In this document: piece after piece, positions 1 to 13,120 of the stretch
Layout of the letters: each line of letters starts with the position of its first letter
Numbering within the stretch: the first letter of the stretch is position 1
Source: Spirogloea muscicola
Lineage: Eukaryota
DNA: 58,017 nucleotides
Direction: 5' to 3'
Assembly (NCBI GenBank): GCA_009602725.1
Contig: WELB01000011.1
Span: 462,597-520,613, forward strand
Position numbers and translations under genes: made by a program
Notes under the pieces: generated by a model
Databases searched by the model: none
The model's input: the letters and a program-made list of their open reading frames with translations, nothing else
What the model was told of the DNA's origin: nothing

Positions 1-1458
1 CCCCGGCAGTGGCCGCCGTCGGCGGCCAGCGCAGAGGAGGCGGCGGCGGCGATCACGCCGCCGGGGGCCGGCTGTCCCCCGCCTGGCGGCACGCGCCGCG
101 AGGCCTCGCCACTGCTTCTGCTAGCGCGCAGAGTCAGCCTCCTCCGGCTTCACCTTACGTCGTTAGCCGAACTGCGGCGGAGCTCGAATCGCTCGGGATG
201 CTCAACATCGCCTCAGCAAGCCCGCAGCTCTTGGAACCGCTTCGATCTGACCTGGTCGGCAGCACAGCGCTGTGCAGGCACGGAGCTGATGGAGAAGTTT
301 GAGCACGCCACCGGGCTCGAGAGGGAAGAGCTGGAGGCCGAACTGGAGGCATGCAGCCCACTGACACGTCAATGGGCCCACTGAGAAGTCAATGATGCAA
401 AAGCTGATCACAGCTTCTAAGACTGTTCGCACTACAGAGCAATTTCGAAACCTCACTGTTTTCGTCAAGTTTGCGTTAAGTATGTGACAGAGTGTGTTCT
501 GCTTGCGGCCCAGGGCACCTCGCGCTTCGAAACAGCCCCACCCAGGGGGCCCTTCGGCACAGAGGTGTCCTTCAAGCCCTTTGCTTTGCCCTGACGTGAA
601 CAGCACTTGTCAGTCAAGTTACCAAGAATATGGTTCTGAACAACTGCAGTATGCCCTCTCAATTCCATCTATAGTGATGCATTATCAAGACTGCTTGTTG
701 GACTGAAAATGAATCCACGATGTTCGTTATAGGATGCTCCTGCCCATGTTGAATCTCAATATGATGAGCGAATAGTGGGCTGCTCAGGTGGCATTGCTGG
801 TATGTGTGCACCTGCTTATAATGAGCTCCTACAAAGCATGCGTGATCAGTGTCCACAATAGAAGAGCTCCGTGACTTGTAGGGTGGTGGCTCCTATTTCC
901 CCAAGCTTTATGCTTCGACACTGTGGCCGTGTACTCAGTCCACCTCGATACAACCGAGCACACTACTCTGTGCATGTTGCAATTTCTGATTGACAGCGTG
1001 CAATGCTTACTAAATTCACTTACTTTGCACGCTCCTTCGGCAGATGACGAACACGATGTAAAATGGTTTCATTTGAAAAAGGGAGTCCGCCACGAATGCC
1101 CCGTTTGCACTCAGGTCTTTGAGGTTCGGATTCACAATCCACTTGTTCGCTTACAGCAATCATACACCGCCTTCGTAGTCGATCTGTTGATCTAACGTTG
1201 TTAGAGGAGGGTGTTTGCAGTAGGATATGGCAGTTGCCCGTGGTAAAGCTTGGATATGAGCAAGAGATGCTTAGTGCAAGTCTGCTGCTTAGGCAGCAGA
1301 CTTGCACAGGAGTGGTTGCACGCTAATCCTTACCTAAGGTAACCCACTGTTAATAAAGGCACCAACAATGCTGGGCTGCACTGCTTTTTGAAGGGTTGCT
1401 TGTCATGCTGCAGCTCAGAGTTGTGGGAGAAGGGGGCCAACCAGTGGCTCACCACTGA
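1..1458 (+). CDS. COX5B: Cytochrome c oxidase subunit 5b, spliced, 5'-partial
   Basis: Spliced exons (~279-348, 514-564, 733-799, 1044-1123, 1414-1458) read FEHATGLEREELEAELE-GTSRFETAPPRGPFGTE-DAPAHVESQYDERIVGCSGG-DDEHDVKWFHLKKGVRHECPVCTQVFE-LRVVGEGGQPVAHH*. This has the HATGLE motif and Zn-binding Cys/His residues of COX5B. The upstream Ala/Arg-rich exon resembles a transit peptide; its donor is uncertain. Confidence 0.93.
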
Positions 1459-3244
1459 AAATCGCCATCAGCATGCCGAGCTAATACTTTGGTGTTCCAT
1501 ACTTCAAGTTGCGCTACTAAGTAGCTTCAGTGTAGGGGGGCTGTTTTTCAATTGTATGCAGAGCGTCTCACGATTGAGGGGGCATGTTGTCAAGCTCCAC
1601 CACAGTGTTCCCCTAGATAGTACACCTCAAGCAGAGCTAACAGATTTCCTGCATCGTCTCGATAGTTATCTCCGCGCACACCTGCAATTCACCTATTAGA
1701 AGCGTGGTCTGAAGCATCGGAGACACTGGAGGGACGACAGAAATCCTTCATGATTACGATTGGTAATGAGGGACTCCCTTCGATTTCTTTACCTGTGCTT
1801 ATATTTAGTTTCAGTGTAAAACCAGCGAATTCCAGAATTTGCTGACAGTTAAAGGGCTTACTCCTTAAGCCTAGACAATGGCAAGCCATCAGCACGAACG
1901 AGTGAAAAGCATATGCGGAGGCCGCATAGCGAGCGTGAGTATTATGAGTATCGAAGTCATAGATGCAGTTAGTGGCACACAAGCTCATATGGAGTTACTC
2001 TTGACACCTTCAGCTGATTGTCACATGCTGCTGTGGTCTTGGCACACGCTGCTGTGGTCAGTGTTGTTAGCGGGTCATGGCTAAAGGTTATCACAAACTA
2101 TTACATTCATTTGAGGAGCTGCCATGTCTGAGCTTCCACTTGAATGAGGAACAAAAGCGCACATCATAAGCGCACAGATCAGTCTCGCAGTATGATTTAA
2201 AAAGCATAACATCGAAAGCAACTCCATTGAGTGGCACTCAGAGACTGAGCAGATTAGAGCTCGACGGGCGGGGGGCTGTGTTTAACAGTTGGTAATGCAC
2301 CTCTCAATCATGTTTGCGTTTTGCAAGGCCTAAACCTGAGCTCTTCACTGGAGGTCTACAGGGAAGCACCTCGACCCTCCAACAAGGAAAGCATTCCACC
2401 CTGCCTGGCAGAGAACAGTAACAAGAGCATTTTCTTGTCCAAGGACTACTTTGGGACGGCACACATGTGTTTGTGTTGATAGCACCAGTGTACTGTGTCA
2501 ATTGAACAGGGCAACACTGGCAAGGAATGTTCCTGGAAGCGGTGCTTATTGATGGCGAGCTCAGATATTTGGGAGGTAGCAATTTGTGCCTCACAGCAGT
2601 CTTGAAGTTGTTGACCAGGTGATTAATAAGTGGCTCTCGTTAGAAGCTGAGTACCCAACTGTTATAGTGAGTAAGTTGAAATTTTCTGAGTGTTGGGATA
2701 TGTTCCCGGTGAATCTTGTACAATCGGTGGACTGGCTATGCCTGGCCACCAGTTCCTTCTGGGTGGTTAAGGGGTGTTCTTGACAGAGAGCTTTGCCAAA
2801 CGGGAGCGAGGCTGTAACAGGCCAACATAGAGTATCAAATGAGAAGCAAGCTCTCTAAGGGGGGCGAGGACTGTGAAAAGTGGCTCTCCCAACGGGGGCA
2901 AGGGGCTGTGAAAAGCCAGCCCCGAAAGAATGGACAAGGCTAAGGGGAAAATGTTAGGTGCACATTAAAAGGGCCAATTTAAGCCAATACACTGTTCAGG
3001 CAGAAGCTAGGCTAATGTCACCCTCTTACCTTAGGCACCTTAGTTTAGGTCTCCGTATTTTTAGCCTTGTTTTGCACGAGACTCTGCCTGGACACTGTAT
3101 TGGCTTAAATTGGCCCCCCTTCTTGTACTTAGTTCATCTTTTCTGGGCTGGCTTTTCCAGCTCTTATCCTCTTATCCTCAATGGCCGAGCACTAGTCCTT
3201 CCATTTCATGCGCTCCGCGCGCGCGCCTTCTCTCTCTTTTCACC

Positions 3245-3930
3245 CCACAAGCCGGCGGGCCACATCTTATCCTGGACGTGGTGACCACAGACGCCTACGA
3301 CCTCTCACACCCAGCCCAATGTGCCATCAAGGCTGGCTATGCGGTCGCCTGCGCCGCCCGCGCTAAAGAGCTCAAATGTGCCGAACATCCGCAGAACGAC
3401 AAGTTCTTCCCGCTGGCGATTGACACGCATGGGGCGTTGGGCGCTCGGTGGCTCGAGTTGCTCACCCGCCACGCCATCGCCCGCCACTTCCGTGGGGAGC
3501 CGGTGGACTTTTTTGCAGCCGGGTCGCTAGCGCAGGTGTACCGGATGCGCCTGGCCGTCTCGCTGCAGCGATCGAATGCCCGCGCGCTGCACCTGCGGGC
3601 CGGCAGAGCCCTCGCTGCTGCCTCCGGCTCTGGCCAGGCAAAACGTGTGTATAAAGAGGAAGCGCGGCCAGATTGACTGGTGGCTGGGAAAGGCCAGCCC
3701 AAAAGAATGGACAAAGGCTGAGGGAGCCTGAGTGCGAACGACTAGGACTAAGACATCAGCCAGGGAACGTGTATAAAGAGATGGGGAGGCCATTTGTAGC
3801 TGCTTTCTTTCTTTGTGTGCTTTGGTTTCTTAGCGCTTCCTCTGGCTTCCTCTGGCCCCCTTCTCGTTCTTTGTTCATTCTTTTTTGGGCTGGCTTGTCC
3901 AGCCCCTATCCTCAATGGGCGAGCCCTTTC
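3245..3930 (+). mobile_element. 5'-truncated REL-endonuclease non-LTR retrotransposon (C-terminus plus 3' UTR type A), interrupted by a nested insertion
   Basis: ORF fragment LDVVTTDAY..AGYAVACAARAKELK..FFPLAIDTHGALG..RLAVSLQRSNARAL matches the D..K..FxPLAxE/DxxG..SxxLQRxNA pattern of CRE/R2-group REL domains. It is followed by a 3' UTR with the GGGCTGG..CCAGCCC hairpin (3887-3905). Confidence 0.85.
3659..3768 (-). mobile_element. Short retroelement 3' end (UTR type B) with 12-bp TSD
   Basis: Flanked by GTGTATAAAGAG at 3647-3658 and 3769-3780. Near-identical to copies at 15540-15650, 21120-21232, 35340-35460, 38770-38832 and 39510-39560. Confidence 0.88.
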
Positions 3931-3934
3931 TCTA

Positions 3935-4200
3935 TGTGTGGCCAAGTACGAAGGCAAGCACATTGACAAATGCACGTTACCTGCTGCTAAGCCGACCCGC
4001 TCAGTAACCACGAGTCAGCACATAGAGGTCGCTAACTGATGCTCGAATACCGGATGGCAATCGACAAGCTCTCGCACTACCAGCCAGCCAGGGGACCCAC
4101 TTCCAGGCGCCTAGCGTCTCTGACCTAAGGCTGCTTATTTAGCAAGTGTTACTGAGTGATCCGTAGCTGCTTTGTTTCTTTTTGGGGCTTCCTCCCAGGC
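3935..4200. mobile_element. Two further degenerate REL-LINE 3' fragments (type C on -, type A on +)
   Basis: 3935-4090 reverse-complements to ..SDLYVLTRGY*gcgggtc.. as at 13519. 4100-4190 resembles ..SDLRLL..*gtgatccgtagctgctttg as at 21490-21550. Confidence 0.7.
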
Positions 4201-4975
4201 ACTTGCTACTCTGCCGGGCAGGTCCACCTCAGCCACCGGGGCCACTGCGGAGGAGCACCTTTATCCAAACGCGGAAAGAAGAGCTTCCCTTTCTTGATCG
4301 TGGGCGGGGCGCGCCGTCAGCGGTGGACGGCCCCGCGCGGAGCCCCTCCCGCCACGCGTCGGCCTGGTGGCGTTTGCGCTGCCCGCTTCCAGAAGCCCAC
4401 GTGCTGAGCGCTGGCAGCCAGGTCGCGGGCATCCAGGAGCGGGTGTCGCAGAGCACGTGCCGCAGGACAGGCACGTGGTCCCTTGCAACGAATCGCCGGC
4501 TCGGCGCAAGCTTGCGCCGCGTGGCGGGCGGCAGGCGCACGTGCAGCAACCGCGGCGCCACGTGGCGGGTGGGAGNGAGGAGGGAGGTGGGGGGGGGGGG
4601 CCGGGCCGCCGGCGCGCGTGGCTGGTGACGTCAAAGCCCGCGGCCGCCGGCGCGCGCCAGATCAGCCGTCCGGGCCCGGGGGGATTTCATCGGCCTCCCG
4701 ACGGTTTGGGCGTTGACCCGGGCCGGCGGCGGGCGGCTTCCTCTGCCGGCGCCGTCGGTGGGCCGCTCCTTGCGCCTTGCGCTTCCGCCGTTCCGGCGGT
4801 CCCATCGGCCGCTTCTTGGCTTCCGCCGTTCCAGCCGTCACATCAGTCGCGGGGGCCCGCGCCCGTCGCCCACCATTTACCCCTCTAGGCCAAGGAGGAC
4901 TTCCCCCGGAAGAACACCCCCCCCCGCCCAACTAGAAGTGCGGGGCCTTGCGCCACCTTCAGGCCGCCGCCCGCC

Positions 4976-7434
4976 ATGGCACTGCCCCGCGCCGCCGCCC
5001 TCGCCGCCGTTAGCGTGGTCTTGCTGCTGCCAGCCACCTTCTGGCCCGTCGCCGCGGTTGTGAGGTCCGGGCGCACCGCCGTCCCAGCCGGCTGGGGCGA
5101 CGCCTTCGGGAGCACCACCGGCCCGGCCTTCGTCGTCGCCGAGGACGGCAGCGGTAACTTCACGACCGTGCAGGCGGCCGTGGACGCGGTGCCCAAGAAG
5201 AACACCAAGCGGGTCGTCATCTTCATCAAGCCCGGCACGTACAGGTGCTGGCCTCCCCACGAGCACGTCTACACGCTAAGCCTTTCTGTGAGGCGCTCTG
5301 GATGAGCTCCTGAGGGGTACCCGTTGCACTCAAGCTTGTGTGCCGTACGGCGCCCTTGGGAAACTGCGTATATGCATTGACGCACCTTTCCACCAATACC
5401 GTGTTGCAGGGAGAAGGTGACAATTGCCAAGGGCAAGTCGTTCATAACGCTGCAGGGCCTCGACGCGTTGATCACCAAGATTGTGTGGAACGACTGGGCT
5501 GGCCGCAAGGTCGATGGCGAGGAGCTCTCGACCATCGGCTCCTGCACGCTGTGCGTCAGCGGCTACAACCTGATCGTCAACCATCTCACTATCGAGGTCC
5601 GGACCCCTTCCTTGTCCCTCCTCTCTCAGTTCTTGAGACCTCGTTTACTTACTTCCATGACACAGACGTGCCTCTTATTCCTCCGATGCTATTCTTACCC
5701 TTCATGCTTCAGTGAGTGAAGGCCTGCTTTATCATCAGCTCAAGCTGCACCTGCAGTTGCCGCAAGGAATTTTTCTACTGCCTCTTCCTGCAGTCTCCTG
5801 AAAAAGCACCTACCACTGCCTCTGCTGTCTTGCCGGCTGGCCACAGAACGACCACCCCAAGCCGAGCGCAGGCAGCACCACAGACCAAGCGGTGGCCCTG
5901 AGGATTACTGGAGACATGGCTGCTTTCTACAACTCCCGCTTCATCGGGTGGCAGGACACACTGTATGACCACAAGGTGCAGACTACGCTGTGCTCAGTAC
6001 TCATCCATTCTCACATTGTCCCATTGCTTCCCTCAGCATCCAGTCATTAGCACCGAAGTACTGTTCAGTCTCTCTTTTGTCGCAGAATTACATGCGAGGA
6101 TCAGCCGGCAGCAACCATGATTTAGCCTGCAGCTGCGTGCTGCCTGCTTAGAGTCTCCAGAAGTAACCAGCTAATAGCTTTTTGTTGCGGTAAATGATCC
6201 TCGAACAGAATAGGCATTTCTTCAAGGCCTGTTATATTGAGGGGTCGTGGGACTTCGTATTTGGATACGGCCAGAGCATCTATGAGGTGAGAAGCTCGGC
6301 TGCCCAGTGCTAGTGCTCATAGCAAAAGAGATAGACTAGATTGGAAGGCCAGTTGGAAGGACAGTCACTAACCATTGGGCTATTAGCAAGCCCAGCAAAG
6401 ATAGAATTAAAATCTGGTTACTTGCAACAAGAACAGCAACAACATTCTATACCACGTCACCCAAGTCATGGCTCAAGACCAGCCCAATCAAGTTGTGCAC
6501 GTCGCACTTGCAGGGCTGCACCCTTTTTGCCAAAGACTGGGGCTCGTACACTGCCCAGAAGCGCATGTCGACCAGCGAGACGAGCGGATTCGTTTTTCTC
6601 CGCTCCAACATTACAGGCTCTGGGAAGGTGACGACCTCGCCACCTGATACTGTGCAGTATCTTGTTGCACAAAATCAAATTTCAGGATCTGGAGCTGCCC
6701 ACAGGCTTAGATTACTGCAGGTCCTATGCAAAACATGTATGCGGATATGTGAGAGTGCTGCTGCCACAGTGAAAGCCATATTCTGTGAGGAAAATTTGGT
6801 GCAAACCCCCAGAACAGTGTTTTGACTCATTCTTCATTGCAGTCAAAAGGTGCTATATGCTTGCATGCAGGCTTTACTGGGCCGCGCATGGGGACTGGCA
6901 GCTAGGACTATATATGCCTTCTCCTTTCTGGATAAGGGCGTGGACCCGTCAGGCTGGGGCTCCATCAAGGACTTCGACTCAGACAAGTCAATCTTCTTCG
7001 CACTGGTGATTCGGCCTGAATCTACTGCCCGCCAAAACATCCATGAGATAGTTTACATGTTTCTGTGCTTACATGCTGCCAGACACGCTTGTAGCAGTCT
7101 CATAAGGTGCCGAGCACAGTATATTGTTATTATTCCTCAGCTAGAATAGCGAGCTAGGTGAAGCTTCTACCAGTGCTGTTTTGATCCTGTCGTGATCAAT
7201 TTCTGGTTGACACTGCTGCAGCACAAGTGCTGGGGTCCTGGTTACAGCGCCGCAGCGCGCAGCAAGTACAGTCGTACCTTGAGCTCCAAGCAAGCGGCCC
7301 AGTTCACGTACTACAGCTTCATTGGCGCATCCGACTGGCTTGGTCCAGATCCTGCAGGCCCTATGTGGAGCTACTCGTTTCCCACCACGAGCACTTACAG
7401 ACCCTCCAGATTCAACATACCCGATGCGCCTTGA
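4976..7434 (+). CDS. Pectin methylesterase (CE8), signal peptide, no PMEI pro-domain; 7 exons
   Basis: [48 protein letters not shown] and LLGRAW motifs lie on GT-AG bounded exons (~4976-5245, 5410-5596, 5847-5975, 6209-6286, 6514-6627, 6871-7004, 7222-7434). Confidence 0.95.
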
Positions 7435-7869
7435 CGATTTTGACAACAGATCCTAGCTGTGCAGCAACGGCAGCCACGTCAGACCAGGCGACAACAGCAT
7501 CCAGGGAGCTTACCAGGATGAACCCGCTAGCTTACCACCACCCTTATTCATTGACTTAGTTTCATTGTCTGTACATTCATTTTTTCATTGATTTATCCTC
7601 GGGCTCCCTGCCATTCACTTGGAGATGAAAGAGCACATGAGTGTGCATAGGCTCATTCTAGCAAGTTGCACAACATTGCACTCGAGCTCACCATGATGTA
7701 CATAACAGTGAGACACAGCATGTGCTTAGCAATCACTAATTTTAGGCAAGCCTACCATATTTATGCAACCTGCAGTGCTGACATTATAATTGCTCATTTG
7801 CTCATTTCCTGCAGAGACAATCCCCTTTTCCTGCTTGCCAGACGTAGTAAATAAGTTACAAGAATGAGC

Positions 7870-9724
7870 TTATTTCAGCTTGCTGCAGAAGTCCGGCAGG
7901 TCAATGACATGAATTCTTGATATCTTGTTTGCCTCCTCTCTTTCTGAAGGCGTGTTGTAACCCCAAGTGCCTATGTGGAGATAAAAGTTGGTGTCAGTCC
8001 GATAGAGTGTGATGATAGAAATCATGCTCCGTGCCTCTCATACTCAACGATTTATGCAGAACAGCAATGCAGGAGGTGAGTATTGGCACAATCAAGTCAA
8101 GCAAGGAAGTGCATTACCCAAGTAGAGGTGCCACTTGTCGAGCTCGGGGCGCTTGATAACGTTCTTCAGCGTCGCCAGCCGGTCCTCCACAAAGCTGGGG
8201 AAAAGGGGAGAACAAGTGGGGCAACAAGGTCCACAAATGCTGCAACAAGGTTCACAGCTTGTAATCCTATACCAGTGAGAGGCTCAAAGAACTACATGAG
8301 ATAGCAGCTGTGGAAAGTGGCAAGCTGAGTATAATTGCTACATTGTTAGGCTTACTGCAAACTGCAGTCGGGATGAGCCGCCTGCAGCTTCTGCAGGACC
8401 TCCACCTTGGGCCTGCAGCGGAGATGGACCCCCCAGCAGCTCTTAGGGAGCGGCTAACAAGCACTATGCAACAGAGCGACAAGTACAATTAGCAGGCGCT
8501 CTGTGATTCGTCAGGAATGAGGTGCATTGCTCACTCAGCCTGGAGCTTGCATGCTTCCTCTCACCCGGAGCCGAGGCCATAGATGTTGTCCTCTGAGAAC
8601 GTGACGCCCGCTAGCTCCTTAAGGAGGGCCTGGGTGAACCGTGCCTGCCCAAGCACAGGTCCGCCAAACATTGCTCTGGAGTCCTCATCGGCGACTCTTC
8701 TGATGGTGATCAAAGTAAGCTCTGAGACAGATCGAAGCTACGTCTGCAGACGGAGATGCAGACGCATCCATGATCACGCACCGCTGCATTGGCAGCAGCA
8801 GAGATGACAGAGGCAGGGCTGCCAAGCCATAGTACCTGCTTCGTCGTCACTATGTACAAGGTGGACGATGCAAAGCGCAGGGCATCGGCCGTGCCTGGGT
8901 AGAATCTGCGAGTGCCGTGTCAAGGGCGGTCTGAACGGCGCCGGTCGGCGATGAGCCCACACGGCCCGACACGAATGCCGTCAACGTGGGATCAGGAGAA
9001 GGCAGCCGGCGAGGCGGCTGGCGCACCGGTTGGCGCCGATCCAGCCAGCGAGGTCGGTCTCCAGCCAGTGGTCGCGGTAGGACCCGAAGGCGTGGACGAG
9101 CGACTGAGTGTCGGTCTCACCCCACTCCTCCTGGACGCGCGGCTTGATCTGCGCCTCCCACTCCTTCAGGATGTCGTCCACCGACAGGCCCTCCGAGGCC
9201 TGTGCCGCCGCAGCAATGCTAGCTGCTGTGATGGTCGTCAAGCCATCAGTTCACGATAGGTAAGGTTTAGAATGGTCTGAGTTATGAAGAGTTATTGCGA
9301 TAAATGGGTCTTTAGATACTTAGTCACACTTGCAGTGGGGCTCCAAGGTGAGACACACGAGGCGCGCACCTTGCAGCGGCGGGGCGTGGCGGGGACGCGC
9401 ATCTCCAGCAGCAGGCGCACGAGGAGCAGGTTCTCGTACCCCGTCTCGACCACCGGCCGCACCGTGCGCATGGTGGCCAGGATCCAGTCCTCGTCGGCGG
9501 GCGTGGCGGCGTCCCAGAGGTCCGGCCACCGCAGCTTGGCGGCCTGCCACGGCCCGGATCGTCGTCTCAGCGCAGGACATGGAACGGCAGGGCGGCGGCA
9601 GGCGCGGCGGCGGCGGCGGCGGCGGCGGCGGGGCGGGAACCTTGAGGGCGGAGAGGGAGCTCTCGCCGGCGCTGTCGCAGAGGACGCCATCGAAGTCCAG
9701 CGCGTACAGAGCAAGCGCGGGCAT
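7870..9724 (-). CDS. HAD-superfamily hydrolase, plant/cyanobacterial type; 8 exons
   Basis: LYALDFDGVLCDS (HAD motif I), RPVVETGYE, FYPGTADAL..IVTTKQ, GPKVEVL, FVEDRLATL and WGYNT, ending ..DFCSKLK*. Canonical splice sites. Confidence 0.9.
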
Positions 9725-10381
9725 GGCCGCCGCGGCCGCGGCGGCGGCGGAGGCGGCGGCGGCGGCGGCGGCGGCGGCGGGACAGGAGGACGGGGAGTGC
9801 CAGACCAGCCGGGGGGCCTTGCGGAGGCGGACGAGCTGGGGTCCCGTTCACATGCGGCTTGTCATTCCAACGAGTCACTTGCTGACCGGAGGTTGTTTAT
9901 GCCCTTAGCCAACTCATCACCACGTTACCAGGACATCTGTAAGGCTAAAATAAGCCTCCCTTTCAACTCCATGCGCACCGCGCGCCTTCCTCTCCATTGA
10001 GCGCCCACTCGCTAGACTCAGGCTCAGGCTGCTGTCTGTCTGCCTCAAAAGTCTCGACGGAGCAACTTACACTTTCTGTTTAGCTGCCTGCGTTGCAATA
10101 TCTGGCCCTTTTGGGCCATCCTATTGGCATTTTGGGCCACTCGAGTCGCTGTGCGCTATAGCACTTTTCTGGCCCCTTCGGACTATGTTACATACTTTTT
10201 CTGGGCTGGTCACTCATAGCCATCGCGCTCTTTGTCCGGCTGCTCTTACTGAGCAGCCAAATCATAGAGCTCCATGTGACTGACTACTCTCCCTTCTTGT
10301 GTAACTTGCTACCAAGCCTCCTTCATAAGTGCTCTTTGCATTCAGCAGTGGACTACCTCGTCAATGTGACGAGAACTCAAN

Positions 10382-12058
10382 GCTGGCGGCCCATGTGGCC
10401 GCCGCGCCGCCGCTGCCCTCTAGCGCCGCCCTCGGCCCCACCGCCGGCGGCGCGGCGCTCGCTGTCCTGGCCTTCGTTGCGTGCGCCGTGAGTACACCTG
10501 TCAGCTCGCGTTGGGCTCGCAGCGGCCCAGCGTGCGCCCAGCAAGCCCTTGTTGGGGTGGTGTGACACCTCCAAGGCTTAAGGCCGCCGCCACCTTCATG
10601 GGAAGCCGCTGCGCTCGCTCGCCGTGCACACCTGAGCCGTGAGCTGCGCTGCAGCGCAGGCCACCGGCGCGCTCTCGGCGCTGCTTCTCACGGCCATCCC
10701 CACACTCCGGGTGAGCCCCCGACAGCCCCTTGTTGCCCAACGATTAGAGCTTGTCATTTGCTCCCAGCAAAGGGCCATTGGTCGCATCACTAGCACATGT
10801 TGCTAACGGGAGTGCAGTGTCGTTCTGAGAAGCGCCAGGCGACGGATCGCGGCAAGAAAGCATTTCAATCTTGCCCGCATCATCATATGCTTTATTGCAT
10901 TCAAGTGTTTGGTACCTGGCGTGCTGACACCGCGGCACTCTTGGCGCCCTGCAGGCGATTCGGCGGGCCGCGCAGTCTGTGGAAAAGCTGGCTGACACAG
11001 CGAGGGCAGAACTCCCTGGTACCATGGCGGCCGTGCGCCTCTCGGGCATGGAGATCAGCGACCTGACAATGGAACTCAGCGACCTCAGGTGAGTGCTCTA
11101 AGGGCACTCTTTCAAATTCCAGGCGCGCACTCACACAACGTTCATCTTCGTAGCACAACAGCGGCTCATGCGTCCCGTTCTCGTTGGTTGCTGTATAGAA
11201 TACTGTACAGGCTTAAGGCTTTGTGCCCTGAGCTTGAAGACTATCCTAGACATTTACTCCTGAACTCAAGTCCTTGCATCTTCACCGCTTCCTCCTGCGA
11301 TCTTGGCCGCCAGTAAGAGGTTAGCTCATGCTGTGCCAGCCAAGAACACAAGGTGAAATCCTTATCCCTAGAATGGAGTGCAGTGGCAGTGCCCCACTTC
11401 CAGCATCTGACATCAGCCGTGCATGGGGGCCCATGGCAGCCAGGACATTGCAGAGGGCGTGAAGGGCTCAGCCCGCGCAGTGCAGGCTGCAGAGGACGGT
11501 CTGCGGCGAATGGGCAACTTTGCCGCCTCTCAGACCGTCGGTACGGCAGCTTTCCACAGTGCTCTGAGGCTCCTGCTAGCAGGGGCTCCTTGGCACTTCG
11601 TCTCTGGCACTTCAGGCTGCTCTGCTGCTTGTGCCAGGCTGCTCATGACCCAGCTTAGGACCGAGGATTTGAGTAGTCAACGGTGTCAGATGTCACAAGT
11701 CAGCATATGAGCTTTCTCTCTTCTTCAGCGTGACAGTGCTTGTTTTGACTCATGGTGGACATGGGTCTTTAGCTCTCCTCGTTATCATCTCTGTATGGAT
11801 GCTCCTGCTCAAGCTAGCGCCTGACTGGGACACAAGCGCCGCCGCTGATGGGCAGCCATGCTGCGGGAGCGGGCGAGCGCGCCGGCGGGCGCGGTGAAAC
11901 CAGCGGTGGCGAGTGCCGCAGCTGGCACGCGGCAGGTGGTGGCGGAGGCGCGCCGCGTGATGCACGATCTCGTGCAGGTGCAGCGCTTGTCCAAGTGGCT
12001 CGGCAGGGTGCGGCGGCAGCCCCGCAAGGCCAAGGCCACAGAGTCACCCGGTGGTTAG
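10382..12058 (+). CDS. DUF948-like conserved plastid/cyanobacterial-type membrane protein, 5' end lost at the N at 10381
   Basis: Spliced exons give a TM segment (LAVLAFVACA-ATGALSALLLTAIPTLR) followed by AIRRAAQSVEKLADTARAELPGTMAAVRLSGMEISDLTMELSDL-SQDIAEGV..MLRERA..*. The ELPxTMAAxRLSGMEISDLTxEL motif is recalled from an uncharacterised plant family. Confidence 0.8.
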
Positions 12059-12312
12059 AGGCTGTGAATAAGTTGCAGCGTGGACTCTCGGCCGCCTGGT
12101 GTGTTTTGGGGCGTAAGGATGTACCCTCGCAGGCTCTGCTATTGCCAGGGCTTGTCGCTATTGCGACAATGTGCAGCTCCTTCAGATGTAAATCAATTTA
12201 AACAAAGGATGCATTCCATCAAATTGACGGATGACGCGGCTTGGTCACGATGCCGCAACACATGCCATGTGTGTAGGTCTATTGCTAAGAGATGTATGTA
12301 CAGTCCTCAAGG

Positions 12313-12710
12313 TGTAGGAGTATACGGTGGATCTAAAAGACCGCAGAGCACCCTAAGGTTGACGGATTTGGAACTGACAAAACTTTGGAACTTACGGAAC
12401 GGAACTTACACTGCCAAAGGATAATTACAGGCACGAAAGCATGAAGCATTTGGAGACCGGTGCACTTTACGGCAGCGTGTGAGTGCCATCTTTTGGGTAG
12501 CAGAAGCAAGGTTTATTCCGTAATTAACTACAGAAGGTCCTGCCGTAGAGCTACATATAGGAAGGAGCCTGCCCCTTGCTGTGCACCAGCTCTAAAAGAT
12601 AGGTTGTAAGTCTCAGTGTTGGTCCTAGGGTCGCTCAGCACCCAGTCTGAGAGAGTGCCGGCAAGAATGATGTGAACTTCTTCGTTACTCTTGGCGCTCG
12701 CAGTCTACCA
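12313..12710 (-). mobile_element. Possible solo LTR or other ~400 bp TE remnant
   Basis: Ends TGTAG...CTAC(C)A. On the minus strand a TATA-like motif (~12555) lies ~40 nt before AATAAA (~12512). AGGT(G) occurs at both ends but the TSD is ambiguous. Confidence 0.35.
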
Positions 12711-13120
12711 GGTGGCAATGGAGCCGGCGATGATGCATTGAGACGTTCCCATCTAGGGAGGTCAATTTTCTCTGATTTCTCGAAGTGGCAATGTCCAGCC
12801 TGGGCGGGGGCCCAGCTCAGAAGCACCAGCCTCCGACATTGCAAAAACGAGCTATGGATACCTAAATTGAACTCTGCGAGGACCGTGGTGTGGCGGCGCT
12901 GCCTTCTCCAAGCCAGCCACGCACGGCCAGTGAAAGAAGAAAGGGGCGTGGAAAAGCCAGCCCAAGAAAGAAGGACGAGAAGGGGGCCAGTGAAAGCCCC
13001 ATTGCATTGTCGCGTTAATCGAGGCCCGCTCCGTCCGACATGCCGCGCGATCGGTGCAACATAAACATGGGGAGGTGGGTTTCGAAGGTGGGTGCCGCGC
13101 ACCTTCTCTCTCGAAGGAGG

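Noticed and set aside
4156..4931. Overlapping GC-rich ORFs upstream of PME-1 (similar cases at 9284-10000, 37740-38300, 43300-44150 and 54287-55104)
   Set aside because: Expected by chance in very GC-rich, stop-poor DNA or as antisense shadows of real genes.
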